This document shows, piece by piece, positions 62,796 through 64,000 of a stretch of DNA of 64,000 nucleotides. Position 1 is the first letter of the stretch. Every line of letters starts with the position of its first letter. The notes beneath the pieces are model-generated. The model ran no database searches, was not told where the DNA came from, and was given only the letters and a program-made list of their open reading frames with translations. The DNA is from Okamejei kenojei. Taxonomy: Eukaryota. The position numbers were made by a program, and so were the translations under genes. The stretch is taken from contig CM069160.1 in assembly GCA_035221665.1 (NCBI GenBank), positions 22,382,001 through 22,446,000 of the forward strand, in the 5' to 3' direction.

Positions 62796-64000
62796 TATCG
62801 TATCTTAATTCCCTTTTATAATCTGAGCCTTAGTTTCAGCATTACAGGTAAGTATGCTCGTTAGAAATAGGGAAATGCGTGCTAATTTACAATATCTTGT
62901 GTTTCACTAGATATTTGGCAGGTGCGGCCTAATTCTTGTTCCTTTGAGAATAATGAAATGCAGTGCTATTTGACCGTAACATCAGCATGTCCAATTAAGC
63001 ACTCCAGGGTCTGTGACACTGCAGTCTTGCACACTTCCAGCCACTTTTACTTTAGTTCCGAGGTACAGCATGGAAACAGGCCCTTTGGCCCACCGAGTCT
63101 GCACTGATCCGCGATTGCCGCACGTTAACACTACCCTGCGCACACACTAGGAACAATTTTACATTTACACCAAGCCATTTAACCAGCAAACCAGTATGGC
63201 TTTGGAGTGTGGGAGGAAACCGAAAATCTCGGAGAAAATCCACACGGGTCACCGGGAGAACGTACAAACTCTGTACACGTAAACACTCGTAGTCAGGGTC
63301 AAACCCGGAAGTGCTCCTCTGTGCCGCCACTTGGTAAGCATTTTTTCATTGCTTCATGAGGTATTTGCTTGATGCAATTTTTTTTTTTTTCATTTCTTGC
63401 AGGATATGGTAATCACTGGCAAGGCCAGCATTTAAAACTCTTCTCTAACTGTTCTGGAGGAAATGGTGGTGAACATCTGCTGGCAGTTGCAGCAGTCCTT
63501 TAGATGAAGATTCTCCTAGTATGCTATTAGGTAAGGAATGTCATGGCTTTGACCAAGCGATGACTAAAGAATGTCAATGCTAAGTTACTTCATCATTTTG
63601 TGTCTTATCTGCAGCACCACTTGCTTGCTGCGTTCCTTAATGCTTGACTGCACACTATACATGCCAACCCTGTGGTTAATGCATACACAGGAATTAAAAT
63701 ATTCTGTTCAGCTAAATACCCAGATGCTGAAATGAGAGACCCTAGCCCAAATTTCTTCACTTTTTTGTTAACATTCAGCAATTAATCTTCCATACAACAA
63801 ACAAATTAATCTTCCATACGATAGAGAAATAAGTGTTTTTAATTGACAAAAGCACAGAGCAATTTTAGCAAATTGGTAATCGCTTTTCATGCTTTGTGCA
63901 TGACAGATATACACTTCTGATAAGCCACATTGAACATTAATCAGATCGATAAGAATTAAGTAATATTGGGCATTCATCCGACGCTCAGCTTTGAACACTA

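Overview
Eukaryotic genomic DNA, very likely from a cartilaginous fish. The CR1/HER1-, HE1-SINE-, Penelope- and Tc1-type repeat mix suggests a skate or ray; this is inference. The only host protein-coding gene I can support is an RBM4/lark orthologue on the + strand. It has a CpG-rich promoter at about 28740-28980, coding exons 29127-29231, 33290-33596 and 51451-52163 (374 aa: RRM1, RRM2, CCHC knuckle, RDRSP motif, C-terminal (AAQYS)n repeat) and a probable non-coding last exon from 56461. Most of the remaining sequence is transposable-element debris: many CR1 LINE pieces (one near full-length with an SGNH-esterase ORF1 and tandem 5' monomers), three Tc1 IR/DR transposons, Penelope-like (GIY-YIG) fragments, a BEL/Pao relic, a Gypsy relic, Tx1, Rex1/Babar and Vingi-like LINE fragments, a solo LTR, hAT-type MITEs and tRNA-derived SINEs. 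The most notable signals are: (i) more than 15 dispersed Penelope-derived terminal repeats carrying a minimal hammerhead-ribozyme core, several inserted as ORF-less palindromes or a tandem dimer with 13-16 bp target duplications; (ii) an extra intron splitting RRM1 of RBM4; (iii) a synonymous-diverged (AAQYS)n prion-like tail on RBM4; (iv) a two-template local insertion inside the BEL element; (v) a start-codon hairpin shared by two Tc1 copies. Coordinates of decayed repeats are approximate.
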